The notes: generated from the letters alone by a model not told the origin. DNA of 51,578 nucleotides from an uncultured Flavobacteriales bacterium (GCA_963991165.1 CAXDOW010000002.1:1-51578); one strand, 5' to 3'; positions 17,078 to 27,074 are shown, counted from the first letter of the stretch. Numbers and translations are program-made.

Positions 17078-18097
17078 CTAAAGCGAGGAGTTAAACTGAC
17101 TCAAAAAACGGACATCATTTTCGAAGAACAGTCTTAAGTCTTTGATTTGATATTTTAACATGGCTATTCGTTCTATACCCATTCCAAAAGCATATCCTGA
17201 ATACTGTTTTGGGTCTATCTGGCAATTGCTTAGGACATTGGGATCTACCATGCCACAACCCAAAATTTCCAAATAGCCCGTATATTTACACACGTTACAT
17301 CCCTTTCCCCCGCAAATATTGCAAGAAACATCTACCTCAGCACTTGGTTCTGTAAAAGGAAAATAAGAGGGTCTCAATCGGATTTCCGTTTGATCGCCAA
17401 ACATTTCCTTTGCGAAGTACAAAAGAACTTGCTTGAGGTCTGCAAAGGATACTTTTTCATCAATATAAAGTCCTTCTACCTGATGAAAAATACAATGGGC
17501 GCGTGCCGAAATGGCTTCATTTCTATATACTCTTCCTGGGGATAAAGTTCTTATAGGGGGGGTATTATTTTCCATATACCTTACCTGAACCGAAGAAGTA
17601 TGCGTTCGTAACAGAATATCTGGATTTGTTTGAATAAAAAAGGTGTCCTGCATATCTCTAGCGGGGTGTTCTTGAGGTAAGTTTAAAGCCGTAAAATTAT
17701 GCCAATCGTCTTCAATCTCTGGACCGTCCGACAGAGTAAAACCAATGCGACTGAAGATGTTTACAATATCGTTTTTTACTAATGAAAGCGGATGCCTACT
17801 ACCAAGCTGATCAAGGCTAATTGGCTTAGATAGGTCAGATTCTGATGAGGTATGGGAAGAGCTCGAAAATAGCGACTTGCCCTCTTCTATCTTTTGCTGA
17901 ATAGACTGTTTTAGGTGATTGAGCGATTGCCCAACCTCTTTCTTTTCATTATTCGGCACCTTTTTGAAGTCCGCAAACAAATCATTGATTTTCCCTTTTT
18001 TACCTAAATACTGAATTCTAAATGCTTCTAATTCGTCAAGGTTTTGGGGCTTAAAAGAATGAACTTCATCAAGAAGAAGCTGTATTTTTTTTATCAT
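17078..18097 (-). CDS. pheS: Phenylalanine--tRNA ligase alpha subunit
   Basis: Class II aaRS motifs are present: HPARDMQDTF, RTHTSSVQ, FRVYRNE-type and GFAFGMGIERIAMLKY. Confidence 0.95.
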   Translation of the reverse strand: MIKKIQLLLDEVHSFKPQNLDELEAFRIQYLGKKGKINDLFADFKKVPNNEKKEVGQSLNHLKQSIQQKIEEGKSLFSSSSHTSSESDLSKPISLDQLGSRHPLSLVKNDIVNIFSRIGFTLSDGPEIEDDWHNFTALNLPQEHPARDMQDTFFIQTNPDILLRTHTSSVQVRYMENNTPPIRTLSPGRVYRNEAISARAHCIFHQVEGLYIDEKVSFADLKQVLLYFAKEMFGDQTEIRLRPSYFPFTEPSAEVDVSCNICGGKGCNVCKYTGYLEILGCGMVDPNVLSNCQIDPKQYSGYAFGMGIERIAMLKYQIKDLRLFFENDVRFLSQFNSSL

Positions 18098-18098
18098 T

Positions 18099-18749
18099 CT
18101 ATTTTAGAATGGTCATTTTCATAATCACCTTTTCCATAGGAAGGTCGTTTCTCCCTCTTTTTACTCGTGAGATTTTAGAAATGACATCGATTCCTTCTAC
18201 TACTTCACCAAAAACAGTATAATCACCATCTAAATGTGGAGTCCCTCCAACAGTCGTGTATGTCTTTTTTTGCAAATCAGTTAGTCTGCTACCCATTCTT
18301 TTTTCTACCATTTTTAGCTTTTCAAGATCATAAACATCTCCCTCAACAATATAAAATTGAGAGCCAGAGGATTCTTTTTTTGGATTGACACCATCAGGCA
18401 TACGTGCTGCTGCCAATGCCCCTCTTTTATGAACTAAATTAGGATTAAACTCGGCGGGTAATGTATATCCCGGACCGCCATTGCCTAATTTTTGATTTGG
18501 ATCTGGGTTTTTTGAATTTGGATCACCTCCTTGAATCATAAATTTTGGAATAACCCTATGGAATTGTATTCCATTGTAAAACCCCTCATTTACTAGTTTC
18601 AAAAAATTATCGCGATGAATAGGAGTTTCGTCATAGAGAATAACCACCATATTACCAAAATTGGTTTGAATCTCCACTTTTGGTCTTTCTTGAGCATAGG
18701 TCGTACATACAAATATGAATGTGACGAAGGTAAAGAGTATTCTTTTCAT
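18099..18749 (-). CDS. Peptidyl-prolyl cis-trans isomerase (cyclophilin type), secreted
   Basis: FHRVIPKFMIQGGDP and GSQFYIV are present. I prefer the start at the internal ATG (MKRILFTF...), which gives a clean signal peptide. Confidence 0.9.
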   Translation of the reverse strand: MKRILFTFVTFIFVCTTYAQERPKVEIQTNFGNMVVILYDETPIHRDNFLKLVNEGFYNGIQFHRVIPKFMIQGGDPNSKNPDPNQKLGNGGPGYTLPAEFNPNLVHKRGALAAARMPDGVNPKKESSGSQFYIVEGDVYDLEKLKMVEKRMGSRLTDLQKKTYTTVGGTPHLDGDYTVFGEVVEGIDVISKISRVKRGRNDLPMEKVIMKMTILK

Positions 18750-18757
18750 AATATTGT

Positions 18758-18765
18758 TATCTTTG
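18758..18765 (+). promoter_or_regulatory. Candidate -7 box (TATCTTTG) for the small lipoprotein gene
   Basis: It matches TAnnTTTG 31 nt upstream of the ATG at 18796 and lies inside the longer track ORF starting at 18715. This argues for the downstream start. Confidence 0.4.
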
Positions 18766-18795
18766 AATTGCAAATTAACAAATAATCATTACAAT

Positions 18796-19155
18796 ATGAA
18801 AATTAGTCATTTGCTTGTTTTTTTTGTCGTTATATTCCTGTTTTCTTCGTGTTATAAAGAACCGCAGACAGTTGGAATTATTACCGTTTACGATAATCAA
18901 GGAAATACTGTACCCAACGTCACAGTAACTCTTACACAAGAAGAAGTAGTTGGTGTTACTCAAACGAATGTTGTGAGTACTTTAGTATCTGACTATAATG
19001 GGCAAACGGAGCATGTATTAAAATTGGAAGCTATTATGAATGTTACCGCATTTACAATGTCTTCTAGTAATGATACGGTACTGTTCGGCGAGTCTGTCAT
19101 TCGACTGGTTCATGGCAAAACCATCTACAAAGATGTAGAGGTGCTTGCTTATTAA
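18796..19155 (+). CDS. Small lipoprotein with a carboxypeptidase-regulatory-like beta-sandwich segment
   Basis: MKISHLLVFFVVIFLFSSC is a lipoprotein signal. GIITVYDNQGNTVPNVTVTL resembles CarboxypepD_reg-like folds. Confidence 0.5.
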   Translation: MKISHLLVFFVVIFLFSSCYKEPQTVGIITVYDNQGNTVPNVTVTLTQEEVVGVTQTNVVSTLVSDYNGQTEHVLKLEAIMNVTAFTMSSSNDTVLFGESVIRLVHGKTIYKDVEVLAY

Positions 19156-19478
19156 TCAAAGTACTCTAATATAGCTTCTTTTATTAGCTTGTCTTGTTGT
19201 ATAGGGGTAAGCTGGGGTAAAGAGTCCGTTTCTTTCCAATGTGGCCATCCTTCTTCATCATGCCCTTCAAATGTGTAATACCCCCACTGACTTAACAAAG
19301 CACAAACTCCAATGTGAATTACTTCCATTTTTTCTTTCTTGTTGAGATGAACAAATCCTTTTCCAAGCTCTTGTACACCTATTAAAAACAAAATACCTTG
19401 TAAGTCCAAATCGTGATCAAACCGTTGGTTAAGTGTAGAGACCAGTTGATTCCATTTTACATTTAATGTATCGTTCAT
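19152..19478 (-). CDS. Hypothetical protein (108 aa)
   Basis: It is a clean ORF in a tight genomic slot (4-nt convergent overlap at 19152-19155). I recognise no motif. Confidence 0.45.
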   Translation of the reverse strand: MNDTLNVKWNQLVSTLNQRFDHDLDLQGILFLIGVQELGKGFVHLNKKEKMEVIHIGVCALLSQWGYYTFEGHDEEGWPHWKETDSLPQLTPIQQDKLIKEAILEYFD

Positions 19479-19491
19479 TCAACAAAAATAC

Positions 19492-19499
19492 TACTTTTG
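19492..19499 (+). promoter_or_regulatory. Candidate -7 box (TACTTTTG) for cvpA
   Basis: It matches TAnnTTTG and ends 7 nt before the ATG at 19507. Confidence 0.4.
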
Positions 19500-19506
19500 A
19501 ATTCTA

Positions 19507-20052
19507 ATGAACTACTTAGACATTATACTTGCCATTCCCTTGCTTTGGGGTCTTTACAGAGGGTTTTCCAAAGGGATAATTATCGAATTATCTACTCTTT
19601 TAGCCTTAGTTCTAGGTATATACGGGGCCATTCATTTTGCCTCCTACATTCAACCTTTTCTAATTGATGAGTTTTCTATTAACTCGACCTTTTTGCCCAT
19701 CGTATCTTTTGGTTTGACTTTTTTAGTCATTGTTTTGATTGTAAGATTGCTCGGATTTCTTGTTGATCGGTTTTTTAATTTGGTCGCATTGGGTTTTTTG
19801 AGCCGAGCTTTGGGGGGTGTTTTTGGAGTTTTGAAAATGGCCTTTATGATAAGTGCTTGTTTGTTGGTATTCAACACATTCGACTATCATCTTGAGCTTA
19901 TTTCAAAAGAACAAAAAAAATCATCTTTGTTATACAGACCCATTTGTAATATGGTCACCTCCATAGTTCCTGGCGTCAGTGATGCTCATTCGCTTATTGA
20001 AAAAGCTGAACGGATTTGGACGGAAATGCCCTCCCCTACTGGTCCTCAATAA
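19507..20052 (+). CDS. cvpA: CvpA-family membrane protein
   Basis: The N-terminus MNYLDIILAIPLLWGLYRGFSKGII and four predicted TM helices are typical of colicin V production protein homologues. Confidence 0.75.
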   Translation: MNYLDIILAIPLLWGLYRGFSKGIIIELSTLLALVLGIYGAIHFASYIQPFLIDEFSINSTFLPIVSFGLTFLVIVLIVRLLGFLVDRFFNLVALGFLSRALGGVFGVLKMAFMISACLLVFNTFDYHLELISKEQKKSSLLYRPICNMVTSIVPGVSDAHSLIEKAERIWTEMPSPTGPQ

Positions 20053-21229
20053 TCGCAGCAATACCCGGTAAGATTTTACCCTCCAGATACTCTAACATAG
20101 CTCCACCACCCGTTGACACATAACTAACATGATGAGCCAAATTAAAAGCGTTGATTGCGGCAACAGAGTCACCACCACCAACCAATGTATAGGCTCCTTG
20201 AGAGGTTGCTTGTGCTAGCGATAGAGCAATGGCTTTTGTTCCTTTTGAAAAGTTGTCCATTTCAAATACTCCCATTGGACCATTCCAAAGTAACGTTGAT
20301 GAACGACTAATAACTTCTGAAAACAAGTCTATGCTTTTAGGTCCAATATCTAAGCCCATATAATCGTTAGAAATAAGATCGATAGGGGTGTGCTCAATAG
20401 TCGCTTCATTATCAAACTTATCGGCATTGACAGAATCAACAGGCAAGTGTATATTGACCCTCCTTTGTTGGGCATCATATAGAATGGTTTGAGCTAATTC
20501 AAGGGCATCATCTTCTACCAACGAAAGACCTGTTTGCCCCCCTTTAGCTTTGATAAATGTGTAGGCCATACCCCCTCCAATAATTAAGTTATCAACCAAA
20601 TCCAAAAGCCGATATATGATGTCAATTTTTGACGAAACTTTGGCGCCTCCTACTATAGCTGTAAATGGTTTTTTGGCATTGTTGATTAACTTAGAAATAT
20701 GATCCATTTCATTGGACATAACATATCCTAAACATTTTTTATCGCCAAAAAATGAGGCAATGACAGAGGTTGAGGAATGGTTTCTGTGAGCCGTACCAAA
20801 AGCATCGTTTACATAAACATCGCCCAGCTTAGAAAGTTCTTTAGCAAAGTTCAAATCGCCCTCTTTTTCTTCTTTATAAAAGCGGAGGTTTTCGATTAAC
20901 ATGACCTGTCCAGCTTTAAGCGAAAGACTAAGGGTTTCTACTTCCAGTCCAATACATTTATCTATGAATATGACACTGTGTGATAGTAGCTTTTCTAAAT
21001 GAGAGACTATGTGTTTCATAGATAAGTGATCTTCATGCGCTTTGGGTCGGCCCCTATGCGACATGAGTACGACTTTACCACCTTTGGAAGTAATTTTTTG
21101 AATAGTTGGCAAGGCAGCACGAATTCTGGTATCATCCGTTATACGAAAACCGGCATCCATTGGAACGTTAAAATCTACTCGAATTAAAAACCGTTGATTT
21201 TCAATCGGAAAGGTATCTATTCTTCTCAT
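20036..21229 (-). CDS. pgk: Phosphoglycerate kinase
   Basis: RVDFNVP, AHRNHSS and STGGGAMLEYLEGK are present. The start is set at MRRIDTF (21229) because a -7 box lies inside the longer ORF. Confidence 0.95.
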   Translation of the reverse strand: MRRIDTFPIENQRFLIRVDFNVPMDAGFRITDDTRIRAALPTIQKITSKGGKVVLMSHRGRPKAHEDHLSMKHIVSHLEKLLSHSVIFIDKCIGLEVETLSLSLKAGQVMLIENLRFYKEEKEGDLNFAKELSKLGDVYVNDAFGTAHRNHSSTSVIASFFGDKKCLGYVMSNEMDHISKLINNAKKPFTAIVGGAKVSSKIDIIYRLLDLVDNLIIGGGMAYTFIKAKGGQTGLSLVEDDALELAQTILYDAQQRRVNIHLPVDSVNADKFDNEATIEHTPIDLISNDYMGLDIGPKSIDLFSEVISRSSTLLWNGPMGVFEMDNFSKGTKAIALSLAQATSQGAYTLVGGGDSVAAINAFNLAHHVSYVSTGGGAMLEYLEGKILPGIAAIIEDQ

Positions 21230-21245
21230 TGTTGTGAACTTTAGG

Positions 21246-21253
21246 CAAATGTA
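21246..21253 (-). promoter_or_regulatory. Candidate -7 box (TACATTTG on the minus strand) for pgk
   Basis: The plus strand reads CAAATGTA, 17 nt upstream of the ATG at 21229. Confidence 0.4.
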
Positions 21254-21288
21254 ATTCATCTTCAATAATTAGAAAAAGAAATATTCAT

Positions 21289-21296
21289 TACCTTTG
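21289..21296 (+). promoter_or_regulatory. Candidate -7 box (TACCTTTG) for holB
   Basis: It matches TAnnTTTG 18 nt upstream of the ATG at 21314 and is divergent from the pgk promoter. Confidence 0.4.
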
Positions 21297-21313
21297 AAGA
21301 AAGACGGAATTAT

Positions 21314-22468
21314 ATGCGTTTCTCTGATATTCCTACAAATCAAAATATAAAAAATCAGCTTATAAACGCCAGCATATTTGGACGTATTAGTCATGCCCAT
21401 TTGTTCGTTGCTGAGAATGGGTCATCTGGATTGGCTATGGCTTTAGCTTTTGCACAGTATCTATTGTGTCAAGACAAAATAGAAAACGACTCATGTGGAA
21501 AGTGCTCTTCTTGTTTGAAATGTGAAAAATTAGCACACCCCGATCTTCATTACATTTTTCCAGTAGTTACCAACAAAACCCCTCATGCTGTTAGCGAACA
21601 CTATCTTAAAGATTGGCGAATGGCTCTTTCTAATAATCCTTTTCTTTCTGAAGATGAATGGTATATTCAACTTGGGGCACAAAACAAACAAGGGTTTATT
21701 AGCGCCCACGAAGCTTCTAACCTTAGTGCCAAATTGAGCTTAAAACCATATGAAAATTCCTTTCGAATTGTGATTCTTTGGCACGCTGACAAAATGCATC
21801 CTTCCGCAGCTAATAAATTGTTAAAAGTACTTGAAGAACCACCACCCAAAACTATTTTTGTTCTTCTTTCACCTTCAAAGGAAGTATTGTTAGATACCAT
21901 AGTATCAAGATTACAATGTACAACTATTCCTCCTTGCTCCGAGAATGAACTTTATACTTACCTGGTCAATCGTTTTGACAGTGATGAAAGAATGGCTCGA
22001 GAAATTAGTGCTCTCTCACAAGGAAATATAGGTCGAGCTATAAAACTCATGCTAGGCAACGAACAATTGGAACAAAATACACGTGAGTTTCAAACTTTAA
22101 TGAGATTATGTTATCAAGCCAATGTAGAAGAGCTCTCGCTTTGGGTAGAAACCATAAGTCGGTGGGGACGCGAGCCATTGAAAGGGTTGTTGAATTACGC
22201 CCTTCACATGATTCGGGAATGCTTAATTTTCAACTTTGCCGATTCAAAAATTCAGAGATTGACCGATGAAGAGATGATTTTTGTTAAAAAATTTGCTCCT
22301 TTTATTCATTCACAAAACATGCCTAAAATTATTGCCGAAATCGAACGAGCTCATACACATATCACTAGAAATGGTAGTTCTAAATTTGTTTTTATGGATT
22401 TAGCCCTTAAATTAGCTGTTCTACTTCATGCTAAAAAAGTAACTTTGCAAACATCAATTAGTGAGTAA
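21314..22468 (+). CDS. holB: DNA polymerase III subunit delta-prime
   Basis: GRISHAHLF, a CGKCSSCLKCEKLAHPDLHYIFP zinc module, AANKLLKVLEEPP and the SRLQ motif are present. Confidence 0.85.
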   Translation: MRFSDIPTNQNIKNQLINASIFGRISHAHLFVAENGSSGLAMALAFAQYLLCQDKIENDSCGKCSSCLKCEKLAHPDLHYIFPVVTNKTPHAVSEHYLKDWRMALSNNPFLSEDEWYIQLGAQNKQGFISAHEASNLSAKLSLKPYENSFRIVILWHADKMHPSAANKLLKVLEEPPPKTIFVLLSPSKEVLLDTIVSRLQCTTIPPCSENELYTYLVNRFDSDERMAREISALSQGNIGRAIKLMLGNEQLEQNTREFQTLMRLCYQANVEELSLWVETISRWGREPLKGLLNYALHMIRECLIFNFADSKIQRLTDEEMIFVKKFAPFIHSQNMPKIIAEIERAHTHITRNGSSKFVFMDLALKLAVLLHAKKVTLQTSISE

Positions 22469-22469
22469 T

Positions 22470-23627
22470 ATGGGGTGTAATGGATGTTCAACAAATTGTA
22501 GCACTGGCTTACCGAGAGGGTGTAAGAACAACGGAAATTGTGGTTCAGGTGGTTGTCAACAAATGGTGGTTTTTGATTGGCTATCTAACATCCATAAAAC
22601 CGCCTCATCCCATCCGTTTGATGGTGTAGAAGTCCGTTTTAAAGGAAGCCGAAAGCAATTTTTCAAAAATAGCAGTCACTTGACTTTAGCCGTTGGTGAT
22701 ATTGTGGCAGTAGAAGCAAGTTCTGGACACGATATTGGTGTAGTTTCTATTGTTGGCGAATTGGTAAAACTTCAAATGAAAAAGAAGTTAAAATCAGACT
22801 CCACTGACAACTTAAACGTTATATACAGAAAAGCCCGAGAAACAGATATTAATAAATGGAAAAAAGCCACGGCCTTAGAAAACGACACCATGCATGGAGC
22901 TAGAAAAATGGCGCTCAATCTAGGTCTTGAAATGAAAATTAGCGATGTTGAGTATCAAGGCGATAATACAAAAGCTACCTTTTATTATACGGCTAACGGA
23001 AGGGTCGATTTTAGAGAATTAATCAAACAACTATCGGCGGCTTATAGAATAAAAATTGAGATGAGGCAAATTGGAGCTCGACAAGAATCTGCCAAACTTG
23101 GTGGTATTGGTGCCTGTGGACGAGAGTTATGTTGCTCATCATGGTTGACAGATTTTAGAACCGTCAGTACTTCAGCCGCTAGATACCAGCAGTTGTCTAT
23201 CAACCCTCAAAAACTGGCGGGGCAATGTGGGAAGTTGAAGTGTTGTTTGAACTTTGAATTGGACAGCTATATGGAGGGACTAAAAGAGTTTCCTAATGCT
23301 CAAACAAAATTAAAAACTAAAAAAGGCGACGGCACCTTAGTTAAGATGGATATATTCCAACGTAAAGTTTGGTATAGCTTTGAAGGCCTTACCAATCATC
23401 AAATGATTGAATTAGACTTAGACTACGTTAATGAGGTCATAGCCAAAAACGGCAAAGGAATTATTGTCGATGAACTAACCACCAAAGAGAATAATGACGT
23501 TGAAGTTAAAAATGATTTTAATAATGTGGTTGGACAAGACAGTATAAACAGATTCGATAAAAAAGGAAAACCATTTAAACGGAATCGAAAACGTCGATAT
23601 ACAAACAAAAAACCTAAAGAATCATGA
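22470..23627 (+). CDS. PSP1-domain protein (RicT/YaaT-like) with a Cys-rich N-terminal extension
   Basis: The PSP1 C-terminal core contains GACGRELCCSSWL and GQCGKLKCCLNFE. The N-terminus is MGCNGCSTNCSTGLPRGCKNNGNCGSGGC. I prefer the ATG at 22470 over the GTG at 22461. Confidence 0.85.
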   Translation: MGCNGCSTNCSTGLPRGCKNNGNCGSGGCQQMVVFDWLSNIHKTASSHPFDGVEVRFKGSRKQFFKNSSHLTLAVGDIVAVEASSGHDIGVVSIVGELVKLQMKKKLKSDSTDNLNVIYRKARETDINKWKKATALENDTMHGARKMALNLGLEMKISDVEYQGDNTKATFYYTANGRVDFRELIKQLSAAYRIKIEMRQIGARQESAKLGGIGACGRELCCSSWLTDFRTVSTSAARYQQLSINPQKLAGQCGKLKCCLNFELDSYMEGLKEFPNAQTKLKTKKGDGTLVKMDIFQRKVWYSFEGLTNHQMIELDLDYVNEVIAKNGKGIIVDELTTKENNDVEVKNDFNNVVGQDSINRFDKKGKPFKRNRKRRYTNKKPKES

Positions 23628-24100
23628 AGTCGCTTTTTTTCCTAGCTTTAGTTTGTTTTTTTGTAAGCTCTTGTGATAACAATAGGCAGTTTGAAAAAAA
23701 TATTAAGATTGATCAAAGTGTATGGAACATACAAAATATCCCATCTTTCGAGTATGAAAATGTAGACACACTCTCCAAACAAAAGCTCATACTAAATATC
23801 AGACACTCTAGTAGTTACCCATTTTCCAATCTGTGGCTATTTATACATAACACGACGCCAAATAACATACAAACTAGCGATACTTTAGAGTGTATATTGG
23901 CCCAACAAGACGGACAATGGATAGGTAGCGGATTAGGAGATATATGGGATTTACAAATCGAATACGATACTCGCTTATTTCGTCATCAAGGAAGCTATCA
24001 ATTTGCTATTGAGCAAGCTATGAGGCATGGCGACTTATCAAAAATAGAAAACCTTCCTGGAATCATGGAAATAGGACTTCGAATAGAAACAAGCAATTAG
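23624..24100 (+). CDS. gldH: Gliding-motility lipoprotein GldH
   Basis: A lipoprotein signal (FFVSSC), a size of ~158 aa, RHSSSYPFSNLWLF and a MRHGDL...PGIMEIGLRIE tail fit the GldH family. It has an ATGA overlap with the upstream gene. Confidence 0.75.
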   Translation: MKSLFFLALVCFFVSSCDNNRQFEKNIKIDQSVWNIQNIPSFEYENVDTLSKQKLILNIRHSSSYPFSNLWLFIHNTTPNNIQTSDTLECILAQQDGQWIGSGLGDIWDLQIEYDTRLFRHQGSYQFAIEQAMRHGDLSKIENLPGIMEIGLRIETSN

Positions 24101-24101
24101 A

Positions 24102-26363
24102 ATGGCTTTCTACTCCAAATATCAAAAGGTGTATTCCCTATGGCTATTCATGTTAAGCCCAATCATCATTCTCTCTATCATATTATATTTGACATCCACT
24201 GGTTTTTTTGGTGATCTTCCCTCATTTGAAGAGTTGGAAAACCCAAAAAGTAATTTGGCCACTGAAATCATATCTTCGGATGGTGTTGTCCTTGGAAAAT
24301 ACTTTTTCGAAAACCGTAGCAACGTCAAATTTGAAGACATTTCTCCTAACATGGTAAATGCTCTTATTGCTACCGAAGATATTCGATTTTACAAGCATTC
24401 TGGCATCGACGTTAGAGCCTTAGTTAGAGCTATTAAAGGGTTGGTAACTAGTCAAAGTTCTGGAGGTGCTAGTACTATTACTCAACAACTGGCTAAAATG
24501 CTCTTTACCAAAAAACCAGCTTCTGGATTTGAAAGAATCATGCAAAAGTTTAAGGAGTGGATTATTGCTGTTAAACTTGAAAGACAATATACAAAAGAGG
24601 AAATACTGACGATGTATTTAAATAAGTTTGACTTTATTAACAATGCTGTAGGCATTAAGTCTGCCGCTCAAATTTATTTTAACACTAATCCTTCTGAACT
24701 ATCGATTGAAGAATCTGCTGTTTTAGTTGGCATGTTAAAAAACCCCTCTTTCTACAACCCCAACAGGCGATTATTGAAAACTCAAGAAAGGAGAAATGTG
24801 GTCTTATCTCAAATGAAGAAGTACAATTATATAAGTTCATCTGAGTTTGATTCCATCTCCAATCTTCCCGTCGTGCTAGATTTTAAAAAAGCCAGTCATA
24901 ATATAGGATTAGCACCTTATCTTAGAGAATATTTACGTGGTCAAATCAAGAAATGGTGTGATAATAAAGAAAAACCCGACGGTTCAAACTATAATTTATA
25001 TACTGATGGTCTTAAAATATACACTACCATTCATTCAAAAATGCAACAATATGCAGAAGAGGCCGTACATTCTCATATAAGCGCCTTACAACAAGACTTT
25101 TATACCCATTGGAAAGGATTCACCAACGCACCCTTTCCCAAAGATTTTTCCACATCTCAGATAAATGCTATTTTGGAACAAGGGATGAAACGGTCGGAAC
25201 GGTATCGAAAATTAAAAAACACGTCGCTCACTCAGAAAGAGATAAAAACTATTTTTAATCAAAAAGTGCCCATGAAGGTGTTCTCTTGGAAAGGAGAAAT
25301 TGATACCATTATGAGTCCCATGGATTCGATTCGTTACTACAAATATTTTATTCACTCTGGATTGATGAGTATGGATCCAATTACGGGTCACGTAAAAGCT
25401 TATGTGGGAGGCATTAATTACAAACACTTTAAATACGATCATGTGAAAGTAGGAAGGCGACAAGTCGGCTCCACTTTCAAGCCCTTTCTATATGCTTTAG
25501 CTTTGCAAGAGGGCTACTCTCCATGCTATGAAGTGCCAAATGTGCCAGTCATTTTTGAGAAAGATAAATGGGGCCTTCCAGATAAAGATTGGATTCCAAA
25601 AAATTCAGATGATAAATTCAATGGCATATTAATGAACTTAAAATTCGGAATGGCTAACTCCATTAATACAGTCACAGCATATATCATGAAACAATTTGGC
25701 CCACATTCTGTTCTCGATTTTGCTAAAAAGATGGGCATAACAAGTAATTTAGATCCTGTTCCTTCCATCTGTTTAGGAACCTTCGATTTGTCAGTCTATG
25801 AAATGGTCGGCGCCTATTCCACTTTTGTCAACAAAGGCATATGGACCGAACCCATCATTGTTCAACGAATTGAAGATAAAAATGGTATCTTACTTGATGA
25901 TTTTAGTCCAAAAACAAGCGAAGCAATGAGCGAAACTACCGCCAATTTGATGGTAAGAATGTTACAAGGCGTAGTTGATGGTGTATACAACCCACATGCC
26001 GATACTAAGCTCGGTACGGGTGTCAGATTAAGGAGGAAATATCAATTTGAAAATGAAATTGGTGGTAAAACAGGAACAACACAAAACAATTCTGACGGTT
26101 GGTTTATGGGAATTACACCCAATTTAGTAACTGGTGTTTGGGCAGGAAACGAAGATAGGAGCGTTCACTTTAGAAGTACATTTTATGGTCAAGGAGCTAA
26201 TATGGCTCTGCCTATATGGGCAGAATATATGCAAAAAGTATATCAAGACTCTATTACTTTAGGTATCTTTCCAGAAAAATTTGACATCCCTAACTCCATA
26301 GATTTGATGTCAGATTGCGGAACACACGATCAAGCCATGGATCTTTTTGAAGAAGAATTTTAA
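24102..26363 (+). CDS. Penicillin-binding protein 1A (bifunctional glycosyltransferase/transpeptidase)
   Basis: GT51 motifs EDIRFYKHSGID, GASTITQQLAK and RKFKE-like are present. Transpeptidase motifs STFKP, SINT-like and KTGTT are also present. Confidence 0.9.
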   Translation: MAFYSKYQKVYSLWLFMLSPIIILSIILYLTSTGFFGDLPSFEELENPKSNLATEIISSDGVVLGKYFFENRSNVKFEDISPNMVNALIATEDIRFYKHSGIDVRALVRAIKGLVTSQSSGGASTITQQLAKMLFTKKPASGFERIMQKFKEWIIAVKLERQYTKEEILTMYLNKFDFINNAVGIKSAAQIYFNTNPSELSIEESAVLVGMLKNPSFYNPNRRLLKTQERRNVVLSQMKKYNYISSSEFDSISNLPVVLDFKKASHNIGLAPYLREYLRGQIKKWCDNKEKPDGSNYNLYTDGLKIYTTIHSKMQQYAEEAVHSHISALQQDFYTHWKGFTNAPFPKDFSTSQINAILEQGMKRSERYRKLKNTSLTQKEIKTIFNQKVPMKVFSWKGEIDTIMSPMDSIRYYKYFIHSGLMSMDPITGHVKAYVGGINYKHFKYDHVKVGRRQVGSTFKPFLYALALQEGYSPCYEVPNVPVIFEKDKWGLPDKDWIPKNSDDKFNGILMNLKFGMANSINTVTAYIMKQFGPHSVLDFAKKMGITSNLDPVPSICLGTFDLSVYEMVGAYSTFVNKGIWTEPIIVQRIEDKNGILLDDFSPKTSEAMSETTANLMVRMLQGVVDGVYNPHADTKLGTGVRLRRKYQFENEIGGKTGTTQNNSDGWFMGITPNLVTGVWAGNEDRSVHFRSTFYGQGANMALPIWAEYMQKVYQDSITLGIFPEKFDIPNSIDLMSDCGTHDQAMDLFEEEF

Positions 26364-26374
26364 CTCAATAAATT

Positions 26375-27073
26375 ATGATAAATAAACTTGTCCATTCAAT
26401 AGATGAAGCCATCTCAGGCGTCCAGGATAACATGACACTTATGGTGGGTGGTTTTGGTTTGTGTGGTATTCCCGAAAATTGCATAAAAGCCCTTTCAGAA
26501 ACTTCAGTTAAAGGATTAACCTGTATTTCAAATAATGCTGGAGTAGATGATTTTGGCTTAGGTCTTTTACTTCAAAAAAGGCAAATAAAAAAAATGATAT
26601 CTTCATATGTTGGAGAAAATGCAGAATTTGAGCGACAGATGTTGAGTGGTGAACTTGATGTCGATTTGATCCCACAAGGTTCCTTAGCAGAACGATGCAG
26701 AGCAGGAGGTGCAGGTATTCCTGCCTTTTTTACACCCGCGGGCTATGGCACTGAAGTGGCTGAAGGAAAAGAAGTAAGAGAGTTTAATGGGCAGCCACAT
26801 ATCTTGGAAACTGCACTTCATGCCGATTTTGCCTTTGTAAAAGCATGGAAAGGGGATGCGGCTGGTAATTTAATATTTAAAGGAACTGCTAGAAACTTTA
26901 ATCCCATGATGGCTATGGCTGGAAAAATTACTGTTGCTGAAGTAGAGCAGCTAGTAGAAATTGGAGAGTTAGACCCAGGACAAATTCATACTCCAGGAAT
27001 CTTTGTACAACGCATTATTGAAGGGGTTCACTATGAAAAACGAATAGAGCAATTAACCGTAACCAAAAAGTAA
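26375..27073 (+). CDS. scoA: 3-oxoacid CoA-transferase subunit A
   Basis: [10 protein letters not shown] and the [33 protein letters not shown] pattern are present. Confidence 0.9.
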   Translation: MINKLVHSIDEAISGVQDNMTLMVGGFGLCGIPENCIKALSETSVKGLTCISNNAGVDDFGLGLLLQKRQIKKMISSYVGENAEFERQMLSGELDVDLIPQGSLAERCRAGGAGIPAFFTPAGYGTEVAEGKEVREFNGQPHILETALHADFAFVKAWKGDAAGNLIFKGTARNFNPMMAMAGKITVAEVEQLVEIGELDPGQIHTPGIFVQRIIEGVHYEKRIEQLTVTKK

Positions 27074-27074
27074 A

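Noticed and set aside
18715-18795. The small lipoprotein ORF has a long N-terminal extension (MNVTKVKSILF...).
   Set aside because: The extension overlaps the PPIase gene start on the opposite strand and contains the TATCTTTG -7 box. The internal ATG at 18796 gives a clean lipoprotein signal peptide.
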